Shown piece after piece: positions 55,888-64,000 of a stretch of 64,000 bases of DNA. This stretch comes from Gammaproteobacteria bacterium (GTDB lineage: Bacteria; Pseudomonadota; Gammaproteobacteria; CBDBNL01; JAAOII01): assembly GCA_965207945.1 (NCBI GenBank), contig OZ242303.1:1161048-1225047 (forward strand). The letters are read 5' to 3'. The notes below the pieces were generated by a model. It was given only the letters and a program-made list of their open reading frames with translations. It searched no databases and was not told the origin of the DNA. A program made the position numbers and the translations under genes. Each line of letters opens with the position of its first letter. Positions within the stretch are counted from its first letter, which is position 1.

Positions 55888-56193
55888 CTATTTCTTGCCT
55901 GGCTTTTTACCTGGCTTCTTGACCACTTTCTTGCCTGGTTTTTTGCCTGGCTTCTTGGTGCTGGAAGAAATACTTTTTTTCTGACTTCCTGCCTTACTTA
56001 ACTTACTCGACTTATCTGCCTTATTTCGCTTAGAAGCATCAGAAGATGAAGCATCATCCCCATCCACAGAGTTGCGAAAGCCCTTGATTGCCTTACCAAG
56101 CTCCTTGGCTATTGAGGGAAGTTTCCCCATACCAAACAATAATACTATCACCAAAAGAATGATAAGTATTTGCCACAAACTTATACCAGCCAT
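55888..56193 (-). CDS. tatA: Sec-independent protein translocase TatA
   Basis: MAGISLWQILIILLVIVLLFGMGKLP plus an amphipathic helix. Repetitive KKPGKK tail. Confidence 0.85.
   Translation of the reverse strand: MAGISLWQILIILLVIVLLFGMGKLPSIAKELGKAIKGFRNSVDGDDASSSDASKRNKADKSSKLSKAGSQKKSISSSTKKPGKKPGKKVVKKPGKKPGKK
55891..55962. repeat. 12-nt periodic in-frame repeat (6 units) at the tatA 3' end
   Basis: tttcttgcctgg / ctttttacctgg / cttcttgaccac / tttcttgcctgg / ttttttgcctgg / cttcttggtgct. Encodes KKPGKKPGKKVVKKPGKKPGKK. Confidence 0.85.
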
Positions 56194-56234
56194 ATCTACA
56201 TATACCTATTAGTTAATCCAAAAAATGACATTAA

Positions 56235-56825
56235 TTAATGAACAACTTCGCCGTCATCATTACTATGTCCCACGCTTACTTTCATTCTTGATTCAAGCTC
56301 TGCTGCCACCTGTTCAAAGTTGACATTTCTGCTTAAACACAGAATAATTATATTCGTAAATAATTGCCGCGCTCTGTCGGTTAGCTCATCCAACCTCTCA
56401 GCATTAGAACGCGCCGCATTAGATAAGAATATTAACATAGCGCAGTTTTGCCCAGCCGCAGACATTAACTTTTCTTTGTCAAAGCCCTCTGAGGAATTAC
56501 CCTCTGCTATATGTTGTTTTATCTCATCATCTGAAGGCAGCACCTTATCCATCCGCAAATTCATATAAGTCATAAATAACATCAAATGAAAACAAGCATC
56601 TGCTGCCTCATTAGTCACGTCCCGCGTTCTGCCCCAAATAACCGCAACCATTAATTCTGTAACCTCCTCGCCTAATTTATCAAGTATCTTACTCATCCCG
56701 CTACTAAATAAACGAGTAGCATAAGACCCTTGCGGCATAATCCGCAGCCGTTCTTTTAAAATACCCTCTACCGTAAAGATTATCTCAAAACTAATTTCTT
56801 TCTTCATACCAATCATTGCCATCAT
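56235..56825 (-). CDS. hisE: Phosphoribosyl-ATP pyrophosphatase (HisE), double-length form
   Basis: The first half carries GSYATRLF....KILDKLGEEVTEL...EAADACFHLMLF (HisE/MazG-like). The second half is a divergent helical repeat ending FEQVAAELESR. An alternative start lies at 56807. Confidence 0.75.
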   Translation of the reverse strand: MMAMIGMKKEISFEIIFTVEGILKERLRIMPQGSYATRLFSSGMSKILDKLGEEVTELMVAVIWGRTRDVTNEAADACFHLMLFMTYMNLRMDKVLPSDDEIKQHIAEGNSSEGFDKEKLMSAAGQNCAMLIFLSNAARSNAERLDELTDRARQLFTNIIILCLSRNVNFEQVAAELESRMKVSVGHSNDDGEVVH

Positions 56826-57159
56826 TATCTAATATTCTAAAAAAGCAGGTTTCTTTGCCAGTGTGGCACGCCCCTGTCCCCAACTGCTTGACCTTTATTA
56901 GCAAGCAATCGTTATCACAATCTATTTTTATTTCTCTAACTTGCTGCACCGAACCAGAAGTATCCCCTTTAAACCACAACTCTCCACGTGAACGAGACCA
57001 AAACACTGTCCGTTGCTCTTTTATAGTGCGCAACAACGACTCGCGACTCATCCAAGCAAACATTAAAACTCGCTGAGTTTCATCACATTGGATAATAGCC
57101 GGGACCAATCCCTTAGAATTCCAAGAAATTGTTTCCAAAAAAGAAGATTTAATATTCAC
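56791..57159 (-). CDS. hisI: Phosphoribosyl-AMP cyclohydrolase
   Basis: GLVPAIIQ, FWSRSR..LW.KG.TSG and CD.D.LL..V...G.ACHTG motifs. Confidence 0.9.
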   Translation of the reverse strand: MNIKSSFLETISWNSKGLVPAIIQCDETQRVLMFAWMSRESLLRTIKEQRTVFWSRSRGELWFKGDTSGSVQQVREIKIDCDNDCLLIKVKQLGTGACHTGKETCFFRILDNDGNDWYEERN

Positions 57160-57212
57160 TCACAGACATTTTATATTATAATCAATACAATTACAATTTA
57201 TAAGGTAAAGAT

Positions 57213-57491
57213 ATGACCAAAAGATGCGAAGTAACAGGTAAATTGCCCTTAGCGGGCAATAGTGTTTCTCATGCCAATAATAGGAATCGTAAGCGATTCT
57301 TGCCGAATCTGCATTCTCACAGATTCTGGCATCCAACGCGTGAGAAATTTATTAAATTAAAAGTCAGCGCCAAAGGAATCCGTATCATAGATAAATATGG
57401 TATTGAGGCAGTAATAGAGGCGATTGAAAATAAGTCCAAGATTAAAAAATTTGAAGCCCTCAAGAATGAGGACGCCACACAAACAGAGTAA
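57213..57491 (+). CDS. rpmB: 50S ribosomal protein L28
   Basis: [10 protein letters not shown]....GN.VSHANN...RRF.PNL is the canonical L28 N-terminus. Confidence 0.9.
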   Translation: MTKRCEVTGKLPLAGNSVSHANNRNRKRFLPNLHSHRFWHPTREKFIKLKVSAKGIRIIDKYGIEAVIEAIENKSKIKKFEALKNEDATQTE

Positions 57492-57497
57492 ATTATT

Positions 57498-57659
57498 ATG
57501 CGTGAAAAAGTAAAACTTGTATCATCCGCCAAAACCGGGCACTATTATGTTACTAAAAAGAACAAAAAAGCTCCCAATGGACAGGAAAAACTCAGTTTCA
57601 AAAAATATGACCCAGTAGTCCGTAAACACGTTGTTTATACGGAAGCTAAAATTAAGTGA
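57498..57659 (+). CDS. rpmG: 50S ribosomal protein L33
   Basis: Own translation: [53 protein letters not shown] (53 aa). It lies 6 nt after rpmB and is below the ORF-track length cutoff. Confidence 0.85.
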   Translation: MREKVKLVSSAKTGHYYVTKKNKKAPNGQEKLSFKKYDPVVRKHVVYTEAKIK

Positions 57660-57760
57660 CAGTTTCATAAACATATCACTAATTTATACTGGACGCAATA
57701 TTTTAATTCGGATAGATTTTTCTTCCGCTCTCGTTTAGTTAATAAAGCAAGCTGCATAAC

Positions 57761-59056
57761 ATGAGGCGTAGAGCTGTTATAGGGCTTGCCGACGGCACCC
57801 ACCTGTGCGGCTATTCTTATGGATATTGCCCTGAGATAAACACCCCTGATATACCCCCCCCCGCAGCAAACACCTCCGCAGCTCCCGCCGCCACCCCCGC
57901 ACATACACCCCCCACTCATACAGGATACACAGGAGGCGAACTGGTATTTAATACCTCAATGTGCGGCTATCAAGAGATTATGACAGACCCTTCATACTCT
58001 GGACAAATCATCACTTTTACCTGCCCTCATATAGGAAATGTAGGAATCAATGACGAGGACTATGAATCCGCAAACATTCATGCTGCAGGATTAGTTTTTC
58101 GCAATATCAGCCCACTCTATTCCAATTATCGCGCTACTCGTTCCTTTGAAGAGTTTCTCATCAAGAACAAATGCGCCGCCATAACAAATGTAGACACTCG
58201 CCTCCTTACTCGCAAACTACGCGACCATGGCTGCCAAAATAGCTGCATTATCAGCTTTGAAGGTGGCGATGAAGAAGAAAGCAAAGCAGCGCAACAGGCG
58301 ATTGAACAGGCACGTCGCATGCCTGCTATTGGCAGTAATAATTTGGCGCAATTAGCATCTTGCGGCGACACTCAATTATGGCAAGAGGACCTTGGCGACT
58401 GGAGTCACTCAGAATCAGGCAATCATTCAGAAAAGAATTCAGGCAATCACTCAGAGCATAATTCACCCCCCCCTCTCCATATATTAGTTTATGACTGCGG
58501 AGTAAAGCGCAATATTCTTAGATTGTTGAAAGAACAAGGGTGCAAGGTTACTTTAGTCCCTTATGATTGCAAGGCACAAGATTTAATTAATCAGCATCAA
58601 GTAGACGGAGTCCTTATTTCCAATGGTCCTGGCGACCCTGAAACCTGCGAAAAAATTATCCAGGACATCAAGTTCTTTCTGCAACAAAACATACCCCTAC
58701 TGGGAATATGCTTAGGGCACCAATTGTTAGGCATAGCAGTTAATGCCAAATCGCAAAAGATGAAGTTCGGACATCACGGCGCTAATCATCCAGTTCGCCG
58801 CGAAAAAGATAACACGGTAGCCATAACCAGTCAGAACCATAACTTCACTCTGGACGAAGCATCCTTGCCATCAAACATCCGCGTAACCCATCGCTCTTTG
58901 TTTGATAATAGCATTCAAGGAATAGAACTTACGGATAAGCCAGCAATCGGCTTTCAAGGACATCCAGAGGCAAGCCCAGGTCCTCATGACATAACAGAAA
59001 TATTTACCAGTTTCATCCAACTGATAAATCAAAACCCATTAAAACATAACAGCTAA
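57761..59056 (+). CDS. carA: Carbamoyl-phosphate synthase small (glutaminase) subunit
   Basis: ELVFNTSMCGYQEIMTDPSY, GICLGHQLL (catalytic Cys) and FQGHPE motifs. Has two low-complexity insertions. Confidence 0.92.
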   Translation: MRRRAVIGLADGTHLCGYSYGYCPEINTPDIPPPAANTSAAPAATPAHTPPTHTGYTGGELVFNTSMCGYQEIMTDPSYSGQIITFTCPHIGNVGINDEDYESANIHAAGLVFRNISPLYSNYRATRSFEEFLIKNKCAAITNVDTRLLTRKLRDHGCQNSCIISFEGGDEEESKAAQQAIEQARRMPAIGSNNLAQLASCGDTQLWQEDLGDWSHSESGNHSEKNSGNHSEHNSPPPLHILVYDCGVKRNILRLLKEQGCKVTLVPYDCKAQDLINQHQVDGVLISNGPGDPETCEKIIQDIKFFLQQNIPLLGICLGHQLLGIAVNAKSQKMKFGHHGANHPVRREKDNTVAITSQNHNFTLDEASLPSNIRVTHRSLFDNSIQGIELTDKPAIGFQGHPEASPGPHDITEIFTSFIQLINQNPLKHNS

Positions 59057-59098
59057 ATCATAGCCACTAAATCCTGCTAACCCCCCACCAACATCATC

Positions 59099-62000
59099 AT
59101 GCCCAAAAATAAGGATATAAACAAGGTTCTGCTTATAGGTTCTGGTCCCATCACCATAGGACAAGCATGCGAGTTTGATTATTCAGGCGCTCAAGCATGC
59201 CGCGCCTTACAAGAAGAAAATTGCAAGGTCATACTAGTCAACTCCAATCCTGCCACCATAATGACAGACCCAGAAGTGGCGGATGTAACTTATGTTGAAC
59301 CATTACATCCGGATATCTTGAAAATGATTATCCAAAAAGAGAAGCCCGATGCATTGCTGCCTACTATGGGCGGACAAACCGCGCTGAACTTAGTAATGAC
59401 ATTGCAGGATTACTTAGCAGAAAATAACGTAAGAATAATAGGCGCTAGCCCAGATACCATAAACAAAGCAGAAGATCGCCAGTTGTTTGCCCAAGCAATG
59501 GAAAAAATTGGACTTAAAACCCCAGAAGCAGCAGTAGCCACTTCTATGGAAGAAGCGCTTGCTATAGGCAAGGAAATGGGTTTCCCCTCCATAGTGCGCC
59601 CTTCGTTTACTTTAGGCGGAAGTGGTGGCGGCATTGCTTACAATCAAGAAGAGTTCGTTAGTATTTGTCATCGCGGCTTTCAGCTATCCCCCGTCAAAAA
59701 AATACAAATTGACAAATCCTTACTCGGATGGAAAGAATATGAACTGGAAGTGGTGCGGGATAACAAAGATAATTGCATTATCATCTGCTCCATTGAAAAC
59801 CTTGACCCTATGGGAATTCACACTGGAGATTCTATAACTGTAGCGCCAGCGCAAACCTTAACAGACAAAGAATACCAACAAATGAGGGATAGTTCTATCG
59901 CAGTGCTGCGTGAGATTGGGGTGGAGACAGGCGGCGCTAACGTGCAGTTTGCCGTAGACCCACAGAGTGGCGAGCAAATAGTGGTAGAAATGAATCCGCG
60001 GGTTTCCCGCTCATCAGCGCTTGCTTCCAAAGCAACCGGCTTCCCCATCGCCAGAGTCGCCACCAAGTTAGCTCTGGGTTATACCCTTGATGAGCTGCGC
60101 AATGAAATAACTGGTGGCGCCATTCCCGCTTCCTTTGAGCCAAGCATTGACTATGTGGTTACCAAAATACCACGCTTTGATTTCAAGAAGTTCAGAAAAG
60201 TTGATGATAGATTAACCACCCAGATGAAGTCCATTGGCGAGGTAATGGGAATAGGCAGATCTTTTAACGAATCATTGCAAAAAGCTTTATGTAGTTTGGA
60301 CACTGGACTCTGCGGACTAGACCCCATCCTCAAACGAGAGTCAGCACAGGATATCAGCGGGGCTGGCGCGGTTAATGGAACTGGCAGAACTGGCAGGACT
60401 GATAGAGACGATACAGCCGTTCGCCCTCCCTCAAGTTCACTGATAATTAGCGACAGCCAAGAAGAAACCCTCAGACGTGAACTAAAATCAGCTGGGGCAG
60501 ATCGTCTGCTCTATTTAGCAGAGTCATTTCGCGCTGGTTGGGACTTAGATGAAATCCACCAATTATCCAAAATTGACCCCTGGTTTCTCGCCCAGATTCA
60601 ATCACTTATAACTCTTGAGCAAGAATTGCACAACAAGAGTTTGGCGGACATAGATGCCACTATGATGACAATTTATAAGCAAGAGGGTTTCAGCGACGAA
60701 AGAATAGCCCAATTACTTGATACAACGGAACAAGAAGTCCGCGAAACAAGACATTCTCTTGGAGTGCGCCCAGTATATAAAAGAGTGGACTCTTGTGCTG
60801 GCGAATATGCTGCCTCCAGCTCCTACCTCTATTCAACCTATGATGAAGAATGTGAATCACAACCAACTGACACCTCCAAGATTGTAATACTCGGCAGCGG
60901 TCCAAACCGCATAGGACAAGGCATAGAGTTTGACTATTGTTGCGTCCATGTATCTCAAGCGGTGCGTGAAAGTGGCATTCAATCCATAATGGTAAATTGC
61001 AACCCAGAAACCGTATCCACTGACTATGATACTTCCGATAAATTATATTTTGAACCGCTAACTCTGGAACACACATTGGAAATTCTGTATAAAGAAAATA
61101 TGCCCCCTGTCTTAGTCCAATATGGCGGACAGACCCCATTAAAACTGGCGGAGCCATTAAGTAAGTGCGGAGTTACTTTCCCTGGCACCTCCTGCGAGAT
61201 AATTAATCGCACCGAAGATAGAGAAGAGTTTCGCGTGATTTTAGAAAAGTTAGAACTAAAGCAGCCACAAAATGCCACAGTCACAAGTGTTGAAGAGGCA
61301 ATGCAAAAAGCCGGCAATATAGGTTATCCTTTGGTGGTGCGCCCTTCTTTTGTGCTGGGAGGACAATCAATGCAGACGGTATTCAATGATGAAGAACTTG
61401 CATATTATCTTGCTGAGGCATTAATAAGCTCTGGAGACAACCCCATCCTACTTGATAAATATTTAGATAAAGCAATTGAAATTGATGTTGATGCGGTAAC
61501 TGATGGCGATGAAACATTCATCGGCGGAATAATGCAACATATAGAAGAAGCGGGAGTGCACTCTGGCGACTCATCTTGTAGTTTACCCGCCTACTCTCTC
61601 AGCGAAGAAATAATGAAAGAACTGGCTCGTCAAACCAAGTTAATGGCAGAGGTGCTCGGAGTGCGCGGACTAATCAATATTCAATTTGCAATTCGCGCTA
61701 ATCAAGTTTATGTGCTGGAAATCAATCCACGCGCTTCACGCACAGCTCCCTTTATATCAAAAGTAATAGGAATCTCATTGCCGCGCATCGCAACTAAAGT
61801 AGCTTTAGGAAGCAAGCTAAAGGACTTACTCAGTGCAGAACAACTCGCCCGCTATAAGCCAGCGCATCAATATTATGCAATAAAAGAAGCGGTATTCCCT
61901 TTTAACAAGTTCCCTGGTTCCGATCCAATATTAGGACCAGAAATGAAATCAACTGGTGAGGTAATGGGGATTGGCAAGGACTTTGAAGAGGCATTTTACA

Positions 62001-62470
62001 AAGCATGCTTAGCAGCAGGTATGAACATACACCTTCTGCGTGACAAGATTCAACAGGGTGAGAAATTAAATGCTTTTATAAGTGTCCGCGACCCAGATAA
62101 AAAAGATGCTCCTTTGTTGGCGCGGCGACTAATTGATTTAGGGTTTAATATATGGGCAACGTCAGGCACATCCAAAGAACTTACCAGTCACCAAGTGGAG
62201 CACCAAACAATCAACAAGGTTTACGAAGGCAGCCCGCATATTGTTGATAAGATTAAGAATGAGGAAATAGACCTCATAATAAATACATCCGCAGGACGCA
62301 CTTCAATAGCCGATTCAGCAAGTATAAGAACTGAGGCATTACGACTAAACATAAGCTACACCACCACGATGAGCGCCGCCCAATCGTTAACTCTGGCGCT
62401 TGAAAAAGGCAAGATTGGCGACGTCTATTCTTTGCAACAAATCCAAAGCGAGATTCAAAGCGGGGGATGA
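59099..62470 (+). CDS. carB: Carbamoyl-phosphate synthase large subunit
   Basis: 1123 aa with duplicated ATP-grasp halves ([16 protein letters not shown] / [16 protein letters not shown]) and an MGS-like C-terminus. Confidence 0.95.
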   Translation: MPKNKDINKVLLIGSGPITIGQACEFDYSGAQACRALQEENCKVILVNSNPATIMTDPEVADVTYVEPLHPDILKMIIQKEKPDALLPTMGGQTALNLVMTLQDYLAENNVRIIGASPDTINKAEDRQLFAQAMEKIGLKTPEAAVATSMEEALAIGKEMGFPSIVRPSFTLGGSGGGIAYNQEEFVSICHRGFQLSPVKKIQIDKSLLGWKEYELEVVRDNKDNCIIICSIENLDPMGIHTGDSITVAPAQTLTDKEYQQMRDSSIAVLREIGVETGGANVQFAVDPQSGEQIVVEMNPRVSRSSALASKATGFPIARVATKLALGYTLDELRNEITGGAIPASFEPSIDYVVTKIPRFDFKKFRKVDDRLTTQMKSIGEVMGIGRSFNESLQKALCSLDTGLCGLDPILKRESAQDISGAGAVNGTGRTGRTDRDDTAVRPPSSSLIISDSQEETLRRELKSAGADRLLYLAESFRAGWDLDEIHQLSKIDPWFLAQIQSLITLEQELHNKSLADIDATMMTIYKQEGFSDERIAQLLDTTEQEVRETRHSLGVRPVYKRVDSCAGEYAASSSYLYSTYDEECESQPTDTSKIVILGSGPNRIGQGIEFDYCCVHVSQAVRESGIQSIMVNCNPETVSTDYDTSDKLYFEPLTLEHTLEILYKENMPPVLVQYGGQTPLKLAEPLSKCGVTFPGTSCEIINRTEDREEFRVILEKLELKQPQNATVTSVEEAMQKAGNIGYPLVVRPSFVLGGQSMQTVFNDEELAYYLAEALISSGDNPILLDKYLDKAIEIDVDAVTDGDETFIGGIMQHIEEAGVHSGDSSCSLPAYSLSEEIMKELARQTKLMAEVLGVRGLINIQFAIRANQVYVLEINPRASRTAPFISKVIGISLPRIATKVALGSKLKDLLSAEQLARYKPAHQYYAIKEAVFPFNKFPGSDPILGPEMKSTGEVMGIGKDFEEAFYKACLAAGMNIHLLRDKIQQGEKLNAFISVRDPDKKDAPLLARRLIDLGFNIWATSGTSKELTSHQVEHQTINKVYEGSPHIVDKIKNEEIDLIINTSAGRTSIADSASIRTEALRLNISYTTTMSAAQSLTLALEKGKIGDVYSLQQIQSEIQSGG

Positions 62471-62519
62471 ATACAAAGCGGGGATTAAGAAAACGGGGGA
62501 TGAATAAAAGACGGATATA

Positions 62520-64000
62520 TTAATGCCCGTATAGCCGTAAACGCCAAACAAAATCAACATCCTCTCCAGTGCTACTGGTAATAGACAACTCCCATTCCCC
62601 TTCAGGGTTCTCTCCCAAATGAGCCGCCGTAGCAAAGGTAAAACCATCTTCCAAATCAGGACAATCATCGGTTGACGTCCTACTAGCAAGAGAGACATCT
62701 AAACATTGATGCGGTCGCGCAATAACACTAACCGCTCCGCTGGGAGAAGTTAACTGAATACTCAGTTCACCAATATTGGGATAATCATTGGGGGCGATAT
62801 CAATCTGAGTATACTCAATAAAAGAAATACCGTTACTCGCTGCCACGCTAATATTGCTCTGCCCCGAAGATATAGCAGCATAACCAGCGGCAGGAAATTG
62901 CCGTTGGACTTCAGGAGGAAGGGTAGTCCATACTGAGGCAAGCATCATTGCCTTAGACGCATTAACTATGCCAAAGCCATAATCAATATTATGTTCGTAT
63001 CTCTCATCTGTTTTATTATGATAGGTAAAAGCGCCTGGAATACTGCTAACGGGAGCAGCCGCAGGTTGCCATGAACTCTCCGCCAAAATTAGCTTAATGT
63101 CGCGCCAAGTAAGTTCAGGGTAAGCAGACCTAATCAAACCAACAACTCCGCTAATAAGAGGAGTAGCTGCAGAAGTTCCGCCAAAACTTCTCGTGTATGA
63201 GGCAGTAGCTCCAGGGCGCCAACTAAGTGGATTTGTCTCCTCTAAACCAATGAAGCCGTAGGGCATTGCTGGAGCTCTACATTCAGCAGAAGCAAAAATT
63301 GCTGGAGTGCCAAAATTAAGCGGGTCACTCAAAGGCATAAATGAGCATGTGTTTTGCTCATCACTATACTTCAACTTTGTGTTAAACCCTAAATTATATC
63401 CATCTGCTCCGCTAAGGTCGGTTGTCGCCAAGCCCAAAGATTGCAAATAATCTGGCGCTACCACCTGCTCCAAACTCATTATGTCAAAATCAACAGTTCC
63501 TTTTGAAGAATAGCCACACAACCAAAGTGTAGCTCCTGGAGTGGAATAACTTGACACAACATCATCAAAACTAACCGCACACACAGGAATCACACCGCGA
63601 TGACTTGTTATGGAACTATAGCTTGCTAAATTATCCAAGGACCTATCATTACCACCAGCAAAAACATAGCTAATTCCTTTGCCCGCAAATCCTTCCCTTA
63701 AACCTGCATCAATAAGACGGTCATAATTTACCAAAGATGAAACAAAGCGACCTTTAGCGCCATCTCCCCAACTATTACTGGAAACTGCGGTTTGAGCCAC
63801 TCGGTGGGCAAATACTTGATTAAACGATTTATCTGAAAAAGCAGATGAGCCCGCTAAGTTTGCCCCCCATATTTTTGTCTTATGTGATATTCCTTTAATT
63901 CCTTTACCATTATCGCCACGCGCTGCAATGATGCCAGCAGCTGCCGTGCCATGGGCGGCAGAGGAACAATCGTAAGGATATGGATAACGCCTATCAGGAT
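62520..64000 (-). CDS. Subtilisin/kexin-like S8 serine protease with C-terminal P (proprotein convertase) domain; 5' end beyond the window
   Basis: Own in-frame extension upstream of the track ORF gives ...SSAAHGTAAAGIIAARGDNGKG (catalytic His motif). SNSWG and GGTSAATPLISG (catalytic Ser) follow. The C-terminal segment LTSPSGAVSVIARP....D is P-domain-like. Confidence 0.8.
   Translation of the reverse strand, partial: PDRRYPYPYDCSSAAHGTAAAGIIAARGDNGKGIKGISHKTKIWGANLAGSSAFSDKSFNQVFAHRVAQTAVSSNSWGDGAKGRFVSSLVNYDRLIDAGLREGFAGKGISYVFAGGNDRSLDNLASYSSITSHRGVIPVCAVSFDDVVSSYSTPGATLWLCGYSSKGTVDFDIMSLEQVVAPDYLQSLGLATTDLSGADGYNLGFNTKLKYSDEQNTCSFMPLSDPLNFGTPAIFASAECRAPAMPYGFIGLEETNPLSWRPGATASYTRSFGGTSAATPLISGVVGLIRSAYPELTWRDIKLILAESSWQPAAAPVSSIPGAFTYHNKTDERYEHNIDYGFGIVNASKAMMLASVWTTLPPEVQRQFPAAGYAAISSGQSNISVAASNGISFIEYTQIDIAPNDYPNIGELSIQLTSPSGAVSVIARPHQCLDVSLASRTSTDDCPDLEDGFTFATAAHLGENPEGEWELSITSSTGEDVDFVWRLRLYGH

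Noticed and set aside
57660-57760. ARG-box or PurR/PepA-type operator upstream of carA
   Set aside because: Only a single weak half-site-like ATTC within AT-rich sequence was seen. That is not distinguishable from background without a position weight matrix scan.
57665-57919. 84-aa minus-strand ORF with a striking Gly/Cys-rich N-terminus (MSGGCMCGGGGGSCGGVCCGGG), possibly a metal-binding or bacteriocin-like peptide
   Set aside because: It is the antisense reading of the GC-rich Pro/Ala/Thr insertion inside carA and of the carA 5' region. The carA frame is continuous and strongly conserved on both sides, so the antisense ORF is a compositional artefact.

Overview
AT-rich, gene-dense bacterial chromosomal segment with about 60 genes. 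I saw no transposase, integrase, phage gene, rRNA or CRISPR array. Local syntenies (phoH-ybeY-corC-lnt, dedD-cvpA-purF, tatA-tatB-tatC, rpmB-rpmG, carA-carB, erpA, bamD/rluD) point to a Gammaproteobacterium. A Calvin-cycle-subtype class II aldolase and a Sat-type ATP sulfurylase hint at a sulfur-oxidising autotroph, but this is inference and the organism is not identified. Most genes are housekeeping: the methyl cycle (metK, ahcY, adenosine kinase), pyrimidine/arginine (pyrB, carAB, argF), purF, acnA, hisI/hisE, dapB, ispB, ribF, murJ, lnt, Tat, and two tandem tRNA-Lys genes. Accessory content includes two paralogous giant lipoproteins built from TSP3-like calcium motifs, GLUG-repeat arrays and cadherin-like domains. 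One of these is divergently paired with a GT39 glycosyltransferase. There is also a 952-aa membrane-anchored orphan, a kexin-like S8 protease cut by the window end, and an Ig-domain/Gln-rich beta-barrel candidate. The best candidate for an undescribed system is the tightly packed minus-strand cluster at 36.8-43.8 kb. It encodes an M23 endopeptidase, two bactofilins, an atypical MotA/ExbB/TolQ-family channel protein, two ExbD/MotB-like anchor proteins and a membrane-anchored twin FGE-sulfatase-domain protein. It lies directly upstream of dedD(SPOR)-cvpA-purF. The sequence also shows GC-rich GTAG-headed palindromic (REP-like) intergenic elements. In addition, 8-24 nt tandem repeats are unusually abundant, both in intercistronic spacers and in frame inside essential genes (ribF, carA, carB, tatA/B, pyrB, murJ and others).
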